DNA of 64,000 nt from Elusimicrobiota bacterium (GTDB lineage Bacteria > Elusimicrobiota > Elusimicrobia > Elusimicrobiales > UBA9959): assembly GCA_016207645.1 (NCBI GenBank), contig JACQPH010000075.1, forward strand, positions 8,101-72,100, given 5' to 3'. The notes beneath the pieces are model-generated. The model did no database searches. It worked only from the letters and a program-made list of their open reading frames with translations, and was not told the origin of the DNA. Shown here in pieces: positions 8,936 to 18,570 of this stretch; position 1 is the stretch's first letter, and the number at the start of each line of letters is the position of its first letter. The position numbers were made by a program, and so were the translations under genes.

Positions 8936-9316
8936 ATGAAATTAAATTCCATCTTGTACGTGAAGGACCAGGCTAAAAGCAGGGAGTTCTACGCTATAGC
9001 CCTGGGGATGGCGCCCAGGCTTGATGTGCCGGGCATGACCGAATTCGAGCTTTCGCCCGGCTGCGTGCTGGGCCTTATGCCTGAAAAAGGCATAAAGCGG
9101 CTGCTGCCGGCCATGCCGGACCCGGAAGCCGGAAACGGCATACCCAGGGCCGAAGTATATTTGACAGTGTCCGACCCGGAGCTCTACCATGCCAGGGCGC
9201 TGGCGGCCGGCGCCCGGGAGCTGAGCCCCATGGAGCCCAGGGGCTGGGGCGATAAAGCCGCCTATAGCCTGGACCCGGACGGCCATGTCCTGGTTTTCGC
9301 CGCGCCTTCAAAATAA
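8936..9316 (+). CDS. VOC/glyoxalase family protein
   Basis: 126 aa, ILYVKDQAKSREFY...DPDGHVLVF pattern typical of glyoxalase/bleomycin-resistance fold. Confidence 0.75.
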   Translation: MKLNSILYVKDQAKSREFYAIALGMAPRLDVPGMTEFELSPGCVLGLMPEKGIKRLLPAMPDPEAGNGIPRAEVYLTVSDPELYHARALAAGARELSPMEPRGWGDKAAYSLDPDGHVLVFAAPSK

Positions 9317-9320
9317 ATCC

Positions 9321-9350
9321 TTTACACCTTCCGGAACCTTTTGTTATAAT
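9321..9350 (+). promoter_or_regulatory. promoter TTTACA-18-TATAAT ahead of the ribosomal protein cluster
   Basis: Hexamers at 9321-9326 and 9345-9350; followed by about 280 nt of untranslated leader before rplC. Confidence 0.45.
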
Positions 9351-9631
9351 TAATCCTGTAGTTGATCGCGGCAACGCCGCGGTTTCTTTGAAAAAGCGGT
9401 TTTTATTACGCTGTCGCGTTCTTCGGAATACGGGCAGCGGCCCTATAGACGGAGCGGCCTTGATTCCCTCCGCCTGCGGGCTTAATCATAGAAACTTAAA
9501 ATATCGTATTTGAGAACCGGAGCTGTAAAAGTTCCGGCGCGGTTTGTTCGTCTGTTTTTGCGACCGCGGAGAACCCGGCGTCAGGACCGGGCTTTTCCCG
9601 TCGCAGCGGCTAACGCAAGGAGCGGATCGAT

Positions 9632-10420
9632 ATGACTGAAGAAAACAAAGAGAACACAGCCCCGGCGGCGAAACCCGAAGCCGCGGTGCTGCCCGTGTCG
9701 CATAAATTTCTCGTGGGCCAGAAGGCGGGCATGACCCAGCTCTTCGACGCCGCGGGCAACCTCCACGCCGTCACCGTCGTGAAGACCGGCCCGTGCCGCG
9801 TGGTCTACACCCGCACCAGGGAAAAGGACGGCTACCAGGCCGTCTGCCTCGGCTTCGGGCACAAGGCGGAGCACCGCTCCAACAGCGCCGAGAAAGGCCT
9901 GGCCAAAAAGCTCGATATGAAGCCCATAAAGCACATGAAAGAATTCCGCGTGGCCGACCTCGCGGGCGCCGCCGCCGGCCAGACCGCCGGCGTGGAGCGC
10001 TTCGCCGAGGGCCAGTACGTGGACCTGCAGGGCGTCAGCAAGGGCAAGGGCTTCGCTGGCGGCATGAAGCGCCACGGCTTCCACGGCGGAGCGGCCTCCC
10101 ACGGCGCCTCCGACAGGGAAAGGGCTCCCGGTTCGCTGGGTTCCCGCCGCTCCCTCGGGCGCGTGCTTCCCGGCCAGCGCATGGCCGGCCATATGGGCGT
10201 AGTGACCGTTTCCGTGCAGAAAGTGAAGATCGTGAAGCTCATCCCCCAGGAGAACCTGATGCTCGTGAACAGCGGCATTCCCGGCAGCAACGGCAGCATG
10301 GTCTACATAACGCTCACCAACAAGAAGGTAAGCGTGGCCGCCGCGGAGAACCTCAAGGCCAAATCCAAGAAGGAAGCCATAAAGGGCAAGAAACCGGCGG
10401 CGGCGCCCGCGAAGAAATAG
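9632..10420 (+). CDS. rplC: 50S ribosomal protein L3 (with N- and C-terminal extensions)
   Basis: GQKAGMTQLFD core, AAGGAG SD; first gene of conserved L3-L4-L23-L2 order. Confidence 0.95.
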   Translation: MTEENKENTAPAAKPEAAVLPVSHKFLVGQKAGMTQLFDAAGNLHAVTVVKTGPCRVVYTRTREKDGYQAVCLGFGHKAEHRSNSAEKGLAKKLDMKPIKHMKEFRVADLAGAAAGQTAGVERFAEGQYVDLQGVSKGKGFAGGMKRHGFHGGAASHGASDRERAPGSLGSRRSLGRVLPGQRMAGHMGVVTVSVQKVKIVKLIPQENLMLVNSGIPGSNGSMVYITLTNKKVSVAAAENLKAKSKKEAIKGKKPAAAPAKK

Positions 10421-10442
10421 GGCGCGGTTCTAAGGATAAACT

Positions 10443-11111
10443 ATGGAAACCAGACTTTTAGACCTGAAAGGCAATGAAGTGGGCAAGTACGACCTGCCGG
10501 CGCTTTTCTCCGCGAAGCCCGACTCCTGCTTCATCCACGAGGCGATGAAGTATTACCTGGCCAACAAGCACCGCGGCACGGCCTGCACCAAGACCCGCTC
10601 GGAGATCTCCGGCGGCGGCAAGAAGCCCTGGAAGCAGAAGGGCACCGGCCGCGCCCGCGCCGGTTCCACCCGCTCGCCGATCTGGCGCAAGGGCGGCGTG
10701 GTGTTCGGCCCTAAGCCCCGCTCCTTCCGCCAGTACCTGCCGATACAGAAGCTGCGCGCCGCCCTGGTGGAGGCCCTCTCCGCCCGCGCCGCCGACGGCG
10801 CCGTGCTGGTGGTGGAGAGCCTCGCCCTCGAGACCCCCAAGACCAGTTCCCTTAACGCCCTGCAGAAGGGCATTAACGCCAGGAGCGTTCTTTTCGTCAC
10901 CGACAAGATGGACAAGAATTTCAAGATCGCGGCCAGGAACAGGGCCGACTTCGGCTGGTGCCTGGCCGGCAACCTGAACGCCTACGAAGCCATGCGCAAT
11001 GAAAAGCTGGTTTTTACCGCGGCCGGCCTCAAAGTCCTGGCCGACAGCGTCGAAGCTATGCACGTGCCGCACAAGAGCTCTGCTCCTCAAGCGGCCAAGG
11101 AGGTAAAATGA
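10443..11111 (+). CDS. rplD: 50S ribosomal protein L4
   Basis: [20 protein letters not shown] motif; position after rplC. Confidence 0.95.
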   Translation: METRLLDLKGNEVGKYDLPALFSAKPDSCFIHEAMKYYLANKHRGTACTKTRSEISGGGKKPWKQKGTGRARAGSTRSPIWRKGGVVFGPKPRSFRQYLPIQKLRAALVEALSARAADGAVLVVESLALETPKTSSLNALQKGINARSVLFVTDKMDKNFKIAARNRADFGWCLAGNLNAYEAMRNEKLVFTAAGLKVLADSVEAMHVPHKSSAPQAAKEVK

Positions 11112-11398
11112 ACTTTGCCGAAGTGCTCGTTTCCCCCATCCTCAGCGAGAAAAGCATGACCCTCAAGGACACCCAGAACCGTTATACCTTCCGGGTCAAC
11201 CCCAGGTCCAACAAGAGCGAGATCAAGAAGGCCATCGAGACCCTCTTCAAGGTGAAGGTCACCGCGGTGCGCACCGCCAACTATATCGGCAAGCTCCACA
11301 AAGTGGGCCGCCACGAGGGCTACCGCTCCGACTGGAAGAAAGCTATCGTGACGGTGAAAGCCGGGCAGAAAATAGACGTGACCGAACTGCCGAAATAA
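11108..11398 (+). CDS. rplW: 50S ribosomal protein L23
   Basis: ILSEKS...[19 protein letters not shown] pattern; ATGA overlap with rplD. Confidence 0.95.
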   Translation: MNFAEVLVSPILSEKSMTLKDTQNRYTFRVNPRSNKSEIKKAIETLFKVKVTAVRTANYIGKLHKVGRHEGYRSDWKKAIVTVKAGQKIDVTELPK

Positions 11399-11418
11399 GC
11401 GAGAACAGGAAAGAAAAT

Positions 11419-12258
11419 ATGCCGATCAAATCATACAGACCCTATACCCCCTCGCGGCGCACGATGCAGATAGCCGATTTCTCGGAGATCACCAAGACCG
11501 AGCCCGAAAGGAAGCTGGCGACCGGCCTGCGCAAGCACGGCGGCCGCAACAACACCGGCATGGTCATGGTCCGCCATCACGGCGGCGGCCACCGCCGGCG
11601 CTACCGCGACATCGATTTCAAGCGCGAGAAGTACGGCGTGCCCGCCCGCGTGGCCGCGATCGAGTACGACCCGAACAGGAACGCCCGCATCGCCCTGCTG
11701 TTCTACGCCGACGGCGACAAGCGCTATATCCCGGCCCCGCTCGGGCTCGGCGTCGGCGCCAGCGTGATGAGCGGCCCCAAGGCCGAGATCCGGCTGGGGA
11801 ACGCCCTGCCGCTCGCCAACATCCCCGACGGTACTTTCGTCCACGCTATCGAGATGATCCCCGGCAAGGGCGCCCAGTTCGTGCGCGCCGCCGGCACCCA
11901 GGCGCAGCTGATGGCCAAGGAGGGCGACTACGCCCTCGTCAAGATGCCGTCCGGCGAGCTCCGCAAGGTGCTCAAGGACTGCCTCGCCACCATCGGCCAG
12001 GTCGGCAATATCGAACATAACACCATCACCCTCGGCAAAGCGGGCCGCCAGCGCCATATCGGCGTGAAGCCCACCGTGCGCGGCGGAGCCATGAACGCGG
12101 TGGACCATCCGCTCGGCGGCGGCCGCGGCCGCTCCAAGGGCAATAACGTGCCCCGCTCCCCGTGGAACCAGCCCTCGAGGGGCTTCAAGACCCGGACCAA
12201 ATCGAAGATCTGGGGCTGGATGATAGTGCAGGACCGGCGCAAGTCTACGGCCGCATAA
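11419..12258 (+). CDS. rplB: 50S ribosomal protein L2
   Basis: [21 protein letters not shown] motif. Confidence 0.97.
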   Translation: MPIKSYRPYTPSRRTMQIADFSEITKTEPERKLATGLRKHGGRNNTGMVMVRHHGGGHRRRYRDIDFKREKYGVPARVAAIEYDPNRNARIALLFYADGDKRYIPAPLGLGVGASVMSGPKAEIRLGNALPLANIPDGTFVHAIEMIPGKGAQFVRAAGTQAQLMAKEGDYALVKMPSGELRKVLKDCLATIGQVGNIEHNTITLGKAGRQRHIGVKPTVRGGAMNAVDHPLGGGRGRSKGNNVPRSPWNQPSRGFKTRTKSKIWGWMIVQDRRKSTAA

Positions 12259-12273
12259 ACGGAGGAAATATAA

Positions 12274-12561
12274 ATGAGCAGATCATCTAAAAAAGGCCCT
12301 TTCGTAGACCAGAAACTTCTGGCCAAAGTGCAGGCCGCCGCGGCCAGCGGCAACAAGGTCCAGATCAAGACCTGGTCCCGCGCCTGCACGATCACCCCCG
12401 AATTCGTCGGGCAGACCCTGATGGTGCACAACGGCCGCAAGTTCCTGCCGGTGTACGTCAACGAGCGCATGGTCGGCCACAAGCTGGGCGAGTTCTCTTT
12501 CCCCAGGCTGTTCAAGGGCCACGGCCAGTCGCATACCAAGGAAGCGAACGCTCTTACCTAA
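12274..12561 (+). CDS. rpsS: 30S ribosomal protein S19
   Basis: [12 protein letters not shown]...[11 protein letters not shown]. Confidence 0.97.
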   Translation: MSRSSKKGPFVDQKLLAKVQAAAASGNKVQIKTWSRACTITPEFVGQTLMVHNGRKFLPVYVNERMVGHKLGEFSFPRLFKGHGQSHTKEANALT

Positions 12562-12604
12562 AGGGTGGAGAGCCCGAGATCAAGGAACCGGAACGGAGAA
12601 ATTT

Positions 12605-12961
12605 ATGGAAGCTAAATGTCATCTCAGGTACCAGCGCTTCGGCCGCCGCAAGGTGGCCCAGCTGCTGGACGCGGTGCGCGGCAAATCCCTCTGGGAGGCC
12701 CAGTACATACTGCAGAGCCTCCCCAGGATAGCCACCGACATCGTGGACAAGGCCATCCGGTCCGCCGGCGCCAACCTCTCGGTGAAGCTCGGCCGCAAGG
12801 TAGACCTTAAAGCCGTCTGGGTCAAGGAAGCCAGCGCCGACCAGGGCCCGATGAAGATGCTGCGCCGCGTGCAGCCCGGCCCCCAGGGCCGCGCGATGCC
12901 GTTCAAGCGCAAGATGTGCCACATCAACGTCACGGTTTCGGATACGAAGGAGCGGAAATAA
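12605..12961 (+). CDS. rplV: 50S ribosomal protein L22
   Basis: Size, order and [14 protein letters not shown] pattern. Confidence 0.93.
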   Translation: MEAKCHLRYQRFGRRKVAQLLDAVRGKSLWEAQYILQSLPRIATDIVDKAIRSAGANLSVKLGRKVDLKAVWVKEASADQGPMKMLRRVQPGPQGRAMPFKRKMCHINVTVSDTKERK

Positions 12962-12962
12962 T

Positions 12963-13703
12963 ATGGGTCAGAAAATACATCCCCGCGGTTTAAGGCTCGG
13001 CTACATCCAGGACTGGCAGTCCCGCTGGTTCTCCCCCAAGAAGATGCCGGAGCTGATAGGAGAGGATTTCGAGATCAGGCGCATGGTTACCGACCGCTTC
13101 CAGCTGGCCTCGGTCAGCTGGGTGGACATCGAGCGCGCCGGCGCCTACCTTAAAGTGACGATACACACGGCCCGCCCCGGCGTGGTGATCGGCCGCAAGG
13201 GCGCGGACATAGAGAACCTCAAGAAGGACATAGAGCGCCTCACGAAGCGCAAGGTCTACATCAACGTTTCCGAGATCAAGATCCCCGAGCTCGACCCCCG
13301 CCTGGTCGGCCAGTCCGTGGCCCAGCAGCTCGAGAAGCGCATCTCTTTCAAACGCGCCATCAAGCGCGCGATGGAGCGCACGATGGGCTCCGGCGCCCTC
13401 GGCATCAAGGTGATGGCCTCCGGCCGCCTCGGCGGCGCCGAAATAGCCCGCCGCGAGTGGTTCCGCAAGGGCCGCGTGCCGCTGCAGACCATCTCCGCCG
13501 ACATCGATTACGGCCTTACCGAAGCCATGACCGGCATGGGCAAGATCGGCATCAAGGTGTGGATCTTCAAGAAGCTGTTCTTCGCGAAGACGCCCCGCGA
13601 GCTGCGCGAGCAGCTGATAAAGATGGAAGCCGAGAACCCCACCGAGATACCGGTGATGGACGAATCGGGGCAGGCCCGCAGGGACGCCCAGCGCGGCGCT
13701 TAA
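12963..13703 (+). CDS. rpsC: 30S ribosomal protein S3
   Basis: [14 protein letters not shown]-terminus, KH domain region. Confidence 0.97.
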   Translation: MGQKIHPRGLRLGYIQDWQSRWFSPKKMPELIGEDFEIRRMVTDRFQLASVSWVDIERAGAYLKVTIHTARPGVVIGRKGADIENLKKDIERLTKRKVYINVSEIKIPELDPRLVGQSVAQQLEKRISFKRAIKRAMERTMGSGALGIKVMASGRLGGAEIARREWFRKGRVPLQTISADIDYGLTEAMTGMGKIGIKVWIFKKLFFAKTPRELREQLIKMEAENPTEIPVMDESGQARRDAQRGA

Positions 13704-13725
13704 GCTGTTTCAAGGAGCAATAACC

Positions 13726-14142
13726 ATGTTAATGCCAAAAAGGGTTAAATACCGCAAGACGCATTCGGCCCCGCGCATCAAGGGCATGGCGAAGAGCGGC
13801 ACCACGCTGGCTTTCGGCGAGTTCGGCCTGAAGGCGCTCGAGCCGCGCTGGATCACCGCCCGCCAGATAGAGGCCTGCCGCGTGTGCATCGTGCGCTACC
13901 TGCGCAAGAAGGGCAAGATCTGGATACGCATCTTCCCGGACAAGGCCGTCACCAAGCACCCCGCCGAGACCCGCATGGGCAAGGGCAAGGGCGCGCCGGA
14001 CCACTGGGTGGCCGTAGTGAAGCCCGGCAGGATGCTGTTCGAAGTGGAGGGCCTGGACCACGTCACCGCGAAAGAGGCTTTCACCCGCGCCGGCCACAAG
14101 CTGCCGATCAGGACCCGGCTGGTGTGCCGCGAAGAGAATTAA
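13726..14142 (+). CDS. rplP: 50S ribosomal protein L16
   Basis: [12 protein letters not shown]-terminus. Confidence 0.97.
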   Translation: MLMPKRVKYRKTHSAPRIKGMAKSGTTLAFGEFGLKALEPRWITARQIEACRVCIVRYLRKKGKIWIRIFPDKAVTKHPAETRMGKGKGAPDHWVAVVKPGRMLFEVEGLDHVTAKEAFTRAGHKLPIRTRLVCREEN

Positions 14143-14157
14143 GGAGCAGCCCCGATC

Positions 14158-14388
14158 ATGAAAAGAAAAGACAAGGAAACCCTGAAGAACATGGGCGACG
14201 CCGAAATGCTGGCGCAGGCCGCGGACCTTAAGAAACAGCTTTTCCAGCTTAAGTTCAAGCGCACCACCTCGCCGATAGAGAACCCGCTGGCGCTGCGCAC
14301 CGCCCGCCGCAAGATCGCCATGATAAACACCTGGCTCAGGCAGCGTGAGCTGGCTAAGTCCAAAACCGCCGCGGAGGCCAAGAAATGA
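14158..14388 (+). CDS. rpmC: 50S ribosomal protein L29
   Basis: Size, order, LKKQLFQLKFK pattern. Confidence 0.92.
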   Translation: MKRKDKETLKNMGDAEMLAQAADLKKQLFQLKFKRTTSPIENPLALRTARRKIAMINTWLRQRELAKSKTAAEAKK

Positions 14389-14666
14389 CCGAAAAAACCG
14401 AAAAGACCGAGACCCGTTCTCCGAGGAAGGTCCTGCGCGGCCTTGTCGTCTCCGACAAGATGGCCAAGACCCGCGTGATCAGCGTGGACCACGTGATCAG
14501 CCACGCCGTGTACTCCAAGACCCTCAGGCGCCACCGCAAGTTCTACGCGCACGACGAGGCCGGGGAGTCGAAGACCGGCGACCTGGTGGAGATCACCAGC
14601 ACCCGCCCCCTGTCCGCGCTCAAGCGCTGGCGGATCAGCCGCATAGTCGAGAAGGCCTCGAAATAA
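14385..14666 (+). CDS. rpsQ: 30S ribosomal protein S17
   Basis: LRGLVVSDKMAKTRVISV...YAHDE pattern; 4-nt overlap with rpmC. Confidence 0.95.
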   Translation: MTEKTEKTETRSPRKVLRGLVVSDKMAKTRVISVDHVISHAVYSKTLRRHRKFYAHDEAGESKTGDLVEITSTRPLSALKRWRISRIVEKASK

Positions 14667-14667
14667 G

Positions 14668-14745
14668 GGCAAAGGATAAAGGCTTAAGGATAAAGGATAA
14701 AAAATTCCACCCTTTAGCCTTCATCCTTTAGCCTTAAGCCTTAGT
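14668..14745. repeat. heptamer-periodic hairpin (AAAGGAT/AAAGGCT arm vs CCTTTAG/CCTTAAG arm)
   Basis: 14679-14689 aaggcttaagg pairs with 14732-14742 ccttaagcctt; 14691-14698 pairs with 14723-14730; arms are tandem 7-mers; lies in the rpsQ-rplN spacer. Confidence 0.8.
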
Positions 14746-14765
14746 TTACAGACGGAGAACGATCT

Positions 14766-15134
14766 ATGATACAGTTGAGAACGATCCTGAACGTAGCCGA
14801 CAATTCCGGCGCCCGCAAGCTGATGTGCTTCCATGTGATGGGCGGCAGCTACAGGCGCTACGCCTTCCTCGGCGACACCGTGGTCTGCTCGGTGAAGGAC
14901 GCCATCCCGCACGGCGCCATAAAGAAAGGCGAGGTGGTGAAGGCCGTGGTGGTGCGCGTCAGGAAGGAAGTCCGCCGCCCCGACGGCTCCTACATCCGCT
15001 TCGACGACAACGCCGTCTGCATCATCGACGAGAACGGCGAACCCAAGGGCACCCGCGTTTTCGGCCCCGTGGCCCGCGAACTGCGCGCGAAGAACTACCT
15101 CAAAATAGTCTCGCTCGCCCCGGAAGTGATCTAA
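14766..15134 (+). CDS. rplN: 50S ribosomal protein L14
   Basis: [19 protein letters not shown]-terminus. Confidence 0.97.
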   Translation: MIQLRTILNVADNSGARKLMCFHVMGGSYRRYAFLGDTVVCSVKDAIPHGAIKKGEVVKAVVVRVRKEVRRPDGSYIRFDDNAVCIIDENGEPKGTRVFGPVARELRAKNYLKIVSLAPEVI

Positions 15135-15149
15135 CAAGGCGGAACCAAT

Positions 15150-15458
15150 ATGCTCAAACTCAGAAAAAAAGACACCGTGGTAGTGCTGGCCGGCAAGGAC
15201 AAGGGCAAGAAGGGCGAAGTGAAGGAGCTCATGCCCGTGGAGCGCAAGGTCGTGGTGATGGGGATAAACATAGTCTCCAAGCACAAGAAGACCACCAAGG
15301 AAAAGCCCGGCGGCATCCACAAGTTGGAGGCCCCCATGGACATCTCCAACGTGCAGCTGGTCTGCCCCAAGTGCGGCAAGCCGGCCCGCGTAAAGGTCGC
15401 CGTCCAGGGCGGCGAGAAGCTGCGCGCCTGCAAGAAATGCGGCGAAGCGATAATTTAG
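15150..15458 (+). CDS. rplX: 50S ribosomal protein L24
   Basis: KKDTVVVLAGKDKGKKGEV KOW motif. Confidence 0.95.
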   Translation: MLKLRKKDTVVVLAGKDKGKKGEVKELMPVERKVVVMGINIVSKHKKTTKEKPGGIHKLEAPMDISNVQLVCPKCGKPARVKVAVQGGEKLRACKKCGEAII

Positions 15459-15558
15459 ATTGTGACGTATTAGGGCTATGCCCATGCCGTAACAAGCGCT
15501 ATGCGCTTCATAACGGCCAGGAGCTATGCTCAGCTGACGGCCTAAAGAGGTAATTTAC

Positions 15559-16272
15559 ATGGCGAAGGATACACCCAAAGAACCGAAGAAAGAGCACAAA
15601 GAGCACGCTACCAAGGAGCAGCAGAAGGCTAAGAGCAAGGAACAGCACCAGAAGGTGCAGGCGACGGAGGCCCATAAAGGCGCCGTCATCCCCATGCCCA
15701 GGGACTACAAGGTCCGCATGAACGACCTGTACCTCAACACCGTGCGCCCGGCGCTGATGAAGGACCTTAGCCTGACCTCCCCGATGGCCGTGCCCAGGAT
15801 CACCAAGATCGTGATCAATATCGGCGTCAGCGAGGCCAAGGAGAACATCCAGGCGCTCGACCTGGCCAAGGAGGACCTGACGGTCATCTCCGGGCAGGCC
15901 CCCCAGGTGCGCCGCGCCAAGAAATCCATCTCCAACTTCAAGCTGCGCGAGGGGATGCCCATAGCCGTGCGCGTGACGCTGCGCGGGGCGCGGATGTACG
16001 AGTTCTTCGACCGCTTTGTGACGATCTCCGTGCCGCGCATGCGCGACTTCCAGGGCGTGGATCCCCGGTTCTTCGACGGCCGGGGCAACCTGAACATGGG
16101 GCTGAAAGAGCACCATATCTTCCCCGAAGTGAACATGGAAAAATCGCCCAAGGCGCGCGGCATGAACATAACCTTCGTGACCACCGCCGGCGACGACAAG
16201 AAGGGCCAGGCCCTGCTGGAGTACATGGGCATGCCGTTCAAGAAGCCCGTTAAGCAGGAAGCGAAGCGCTGA
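15559..16272 (+). CDS. rplE: 50S ribosomal protein L5 with about 45-aa Lys/Glu/His-rich N-terminal extension
   Basis: Core from MPRDYKVRMNDLY...VPRITKIVINIGV; AAGAGG SD supports the 15559 start; alternative internal start at 15694 has weak SD. Confidence 0.9.
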   Translation: MAKDTPKEPKKEHKEHATKEQQKAKSKEQHQKVQATEAHKGAVIPMPRDYKVRMNDLYLNTVRPALMKDLSLTSPMAVPRITKIVINIGVSEAKENIQALDLAKEDLTVISGQAPQVRRAKKSISNFKLREGMPIAVRVTLRGARMYEFFDRFVTISVPRMRDFQGVDPRFFDGRGNLNMGLKEHHIFPEVNMEKSPKARGMNITFVTTAGDDKKGQALLEYMGMPFKKPVKQEAKR

Positions 16273-16305
16273 ACTCGGACGTTTTAACGATAAGAGGAGA
16301 AAGAC

Positions 16306-16491
16306 ATGGCTACATACGCTTGGATGGCGAAGATGCGCAAACCCCAGAAGTTCTCTACGCGCTTCCGCAACCGCTGCCAGATCTGCGGCAGGCCGCGCGG
16401 CTACTACCGCGATTTCGGGCTCTGCAGGATCTGCCTGAGGAAGATGGCGCACGACGGCCTGATCCCCGGCCTGAGGAAGTCTAGCTGGTAA
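16306..16491 (+). CDS. rpsN: 30S ribosomal protein S14, zinc-binding type Z
   Basis: 61 aa, CQICGRPRG...CRIC Cys pairs. Confidence 0.95.
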   Translation: MATYAWMAKMRKPQKFSTRFRNRCQICGRPRGYYRDFGLCRICLRKMAHDGLIPGLRKSSW

Positions 16492-16554
16492 GTCACGGGC
16501 CGCGGGCGGCCAAGGCCCGGGCCTTCGGAAGCTTTCAGAACAAGAGGTGAAAAA

Positions 16555-16962
16555 ATGGACCCTATAGCGAATATGCTGTGCGCGATAAAGAACGCCACGA
16601 CCAAGAAGAAAGAGCGGGTGGACGTGCCCTTTTCCGGCATCAAGGCCGGGCTGGTGAAGCTCCTCAAGGACGAGGGTTTCGTCTCCAATTTCAAGGTGCT
16701 CGATCCCAAGCTGGACAAGACCATAGACAGGCGCGGCGTGATCCGCATCACGCTGAAGTACACCACTGACAAGCAGCCGGTGATCAACGGCATCCGCCGC
16801 GTGTCGAAGCCGGGCCTCCGCATCTACAGGGGCCACGACGAGATGCCCCATGTGCGCGCCGCCTTCGGCGTGACCATAGTCTCCACTTCCAGGGGGCTGC
16901 TGACGGACGCGGACGCCAAGAAGCAGAAGCTGGGCGGCGAAGTGCTCTGCCAGGTGTGGTAA
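16555..16962 (+). CDS. rpsH: 30S ribosomal protein S8
   Basis: DPIANMLCAIKNA N-terminus. Confidence 0.96.
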   Translation: MDPIANMLCAIKNATTKKKERVDVPFSGIKAGLVKLLKDEGFVSNFKVLDPKLDKTIDRRGVIRITLKYTTDKQPVINGIRRVSKPGLRIYRGHDEMPHVRAAFGVTIVSTSRGLLTDADAKKQKLGGEVLCQVW

Positions 16963-16965
16963 AAG

Positions 16966-16996
16966 CAGGGTAGAGGGGTCAGGGTAGAGGGTAGAG
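16966..16996 (+). repeat. AGGGTAG-type heptamer block (G-rich half-site)
   Basis: cagggtagaggggtcagggtagagggtagag; exact reverse complement of 26408-26438; four G3-4 tracts at 7-nt period. Confidence 0.9.
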
Positions 16997-17022
16997 TGAA
17001 AGCTGATTTAAGAGGTAAAACT

Positions 17023-17601
17023 ATGAGCAGAATCGGGAAAAAACCTGTCGCGCTTCCGGAAAAGGTGAAAGCCAGGGTCGAGAACGGAAAAGTCCTGGTG
17101 GAAGGCCCCCTGGGCAAACTCTCCTATTCCCTGCCGGACGGCATCAACGCGGCCGTCTCCGGCGCGAACATCAATCTCAGCATCGCCCAGGGCGCGGCGG
17201 ACAAATCCGCGCTTTTCGGCACGGCCAGGGCGCGCGTCAACAACATGGTGGCGGGCGTGACCAGGGAATTCGAGAGGGTGCTCGAGATCAGCGGCGTCGG
17301 TTTCAAGGGCGCCGTGGAAGGCAACCGCGTCTCCATGCAGCTGGGGTTCTCGCACCCCGTGATAGTGGACATACCGGCCGGGATCAAGATGTCCTTCGAC
17401 CCCAAGCAGGTGGTCCTTACGATAAAAGGCATCGACCGGGAGGCCGTGGGCAACCTGGCCGCCCAGATCAAGCGCATCAAGCCCCCGGAACCCTACAAGG
17501 GCACCGGCATAAAGTACCAGGGCGAGCACATCATCCGCAAGGCCGGCAAGACCGCCGCCGGAGCCACCGCGGGCGCGGGCGGCGGCGCGGCCAAGAAATA
17601 A
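17023..17601 (+). CDS. rplF: 50S ribosomal protein L6
   Basis: MSRIGKKPV start with AAGAGG SD; the ORF-track start at 16996 lies within the repeat and is less likely. Confidence 0.93.
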   Translation: MSRIGKKPVALPEKVKARVENGKVLVEGPLGKLSYSLPDGINAAVSGANINLSIAQGAADKSALFGTARARVNNMVAGVTREFERVLEISGVGFKGAVEGNRVSMQLGFSHPVIVDIPAGIKMSFDPKQVVLTIKGIDREAVGNLAAQIKRIKPPEPYKGTGIKYQGEHIIRKAGKTAAGATAGAGGGAAKK

Positions 17602-17638
17602 CGGGCGCGGAGCAGTTTCAGGAGAAACAGGGACCAAT

Positions 17639-18001
17639 ATGATAAGCAAACAAGAACGTTACGAATTCCGCAAGATCCGCTCCAGGAACAGGCTGTTCGA
17701 GAACGGCATCCATAAGCTGAGGCTGAGCGTCTACCGGGGCGCGAAGTATATCTACGCCCAGGTGGTCGACGACAAGAAGGGCGAGACCCTCGCCGCCGCC
17801 TCCAGCCTGGAGAAGGAGCTGAAGGGCAAGTTCAAGTCGGGCAAGAGCATCGACTCCGCCAAAGGGGTGGGGGCGCTGCTGGCCAGGCGCGCCATAGCCA
17901 AGGGCGTCACCGAAGTCTGCTTCGACCGCGGCGGCAGGATCTACCACGGCCGCATCAAGGCCCTGGCCGACGCGGCCCGCGAAGCCGGATTGAAATTCTA
18001 A
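17639..18001 (+). CDS. rplR: 50S ribosomal protein L18
   Basis: Order and [27 protein letters not shown]-terminus. Confidence 0.95.
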   Translation: MISKQERYEFRKIRSRNRLFENGIHKLRLSVYRGAKYIYAQVVDDKKGETLAAASSLEKELKGKFKSGKSIDSAKGVGALLARRAIAKGVTEVCFDRGGRIYHGRIKALADAAREAGLKF

Positions 18002-18015
18002 GGGAGACGCTACAA

Positions 18016-18570
18016 ATGCTCAGAAACCAGAAACAACTCAAGACCAGCAAGGAACTCAGCGCCCAGGGCAAGACCCCCGGCGAGGCCATGGAGCTCGACC
18101 TCACCGAGGCCAGAGAGGAGAAGGTCGTCACCGTGGTCGTCAACCGCGTCACCAAGGTGGTCAAGGGCGGCAAGCGCTTCTCCTTCAACGCCCTCGTGGT
18201 GGTCGGAGACAACAACGGCAAGGTGGGCGTGGGCCTCGGCAAATCCAACGAGGTGCAGGGCGCCATACAGAAGGGCACCGCCGGCGCCCGCAAGGAAATG
18301 TTCCAGTTCCCGATCGAGAACTTCACCATCCCGCACGAGATCGAAGGCAGGTTCGGCGCGGGCAAGGTCTGGATGAAGCCCGCCGTGGGCGGCACCGGCC
18401 TGATAGCCGGCGGCGGCGTGCGCGCCGTGCTCGAAGCCGGCGGGGTCAGGAACATCCTGACCAAGAACCTCGGTTCCCGCAACGCGTTCAACACGGTTTA
18501 CGCCACCCTGGACGCCCTCAGGCGCCTCAGGAGCAGGGAAGACGTGATGAAGGTCCGCGGCAAGGAATAA
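18016..18570 (+). CDS. rpsE: 30S ribosomal protein S5
   Basis: [16 protein letters not shown] and [15 protein letters not shown] motifs. Confidence 0.96.
   Translation: MLRNQKQLKTSKELSAQGKTPGEAMELDLTEAREEKVVTVVVNRVTKVVKGGKRFSFNALVVVGDNNGKVGVGLGKSNEVQGAIQKGTAGARKEMFQFPIENFTIPHEIEGRFGAGKVWMKPAVGGTGLIAGGGVRAVLEAGGVRNILTKNLGSRNAFNTVYATLDALRRLRSREDVMKVRGKE

Noticed and set aside
16996-17022. Upstream start for rplF (MKADLRGKT...)
   Set aside because: That start lies at the edge of the heptamer repeat without an SD. The Met at 17023 has an AAGAGG SD and gives the canonical [10 protein letters not shown]-terminus.
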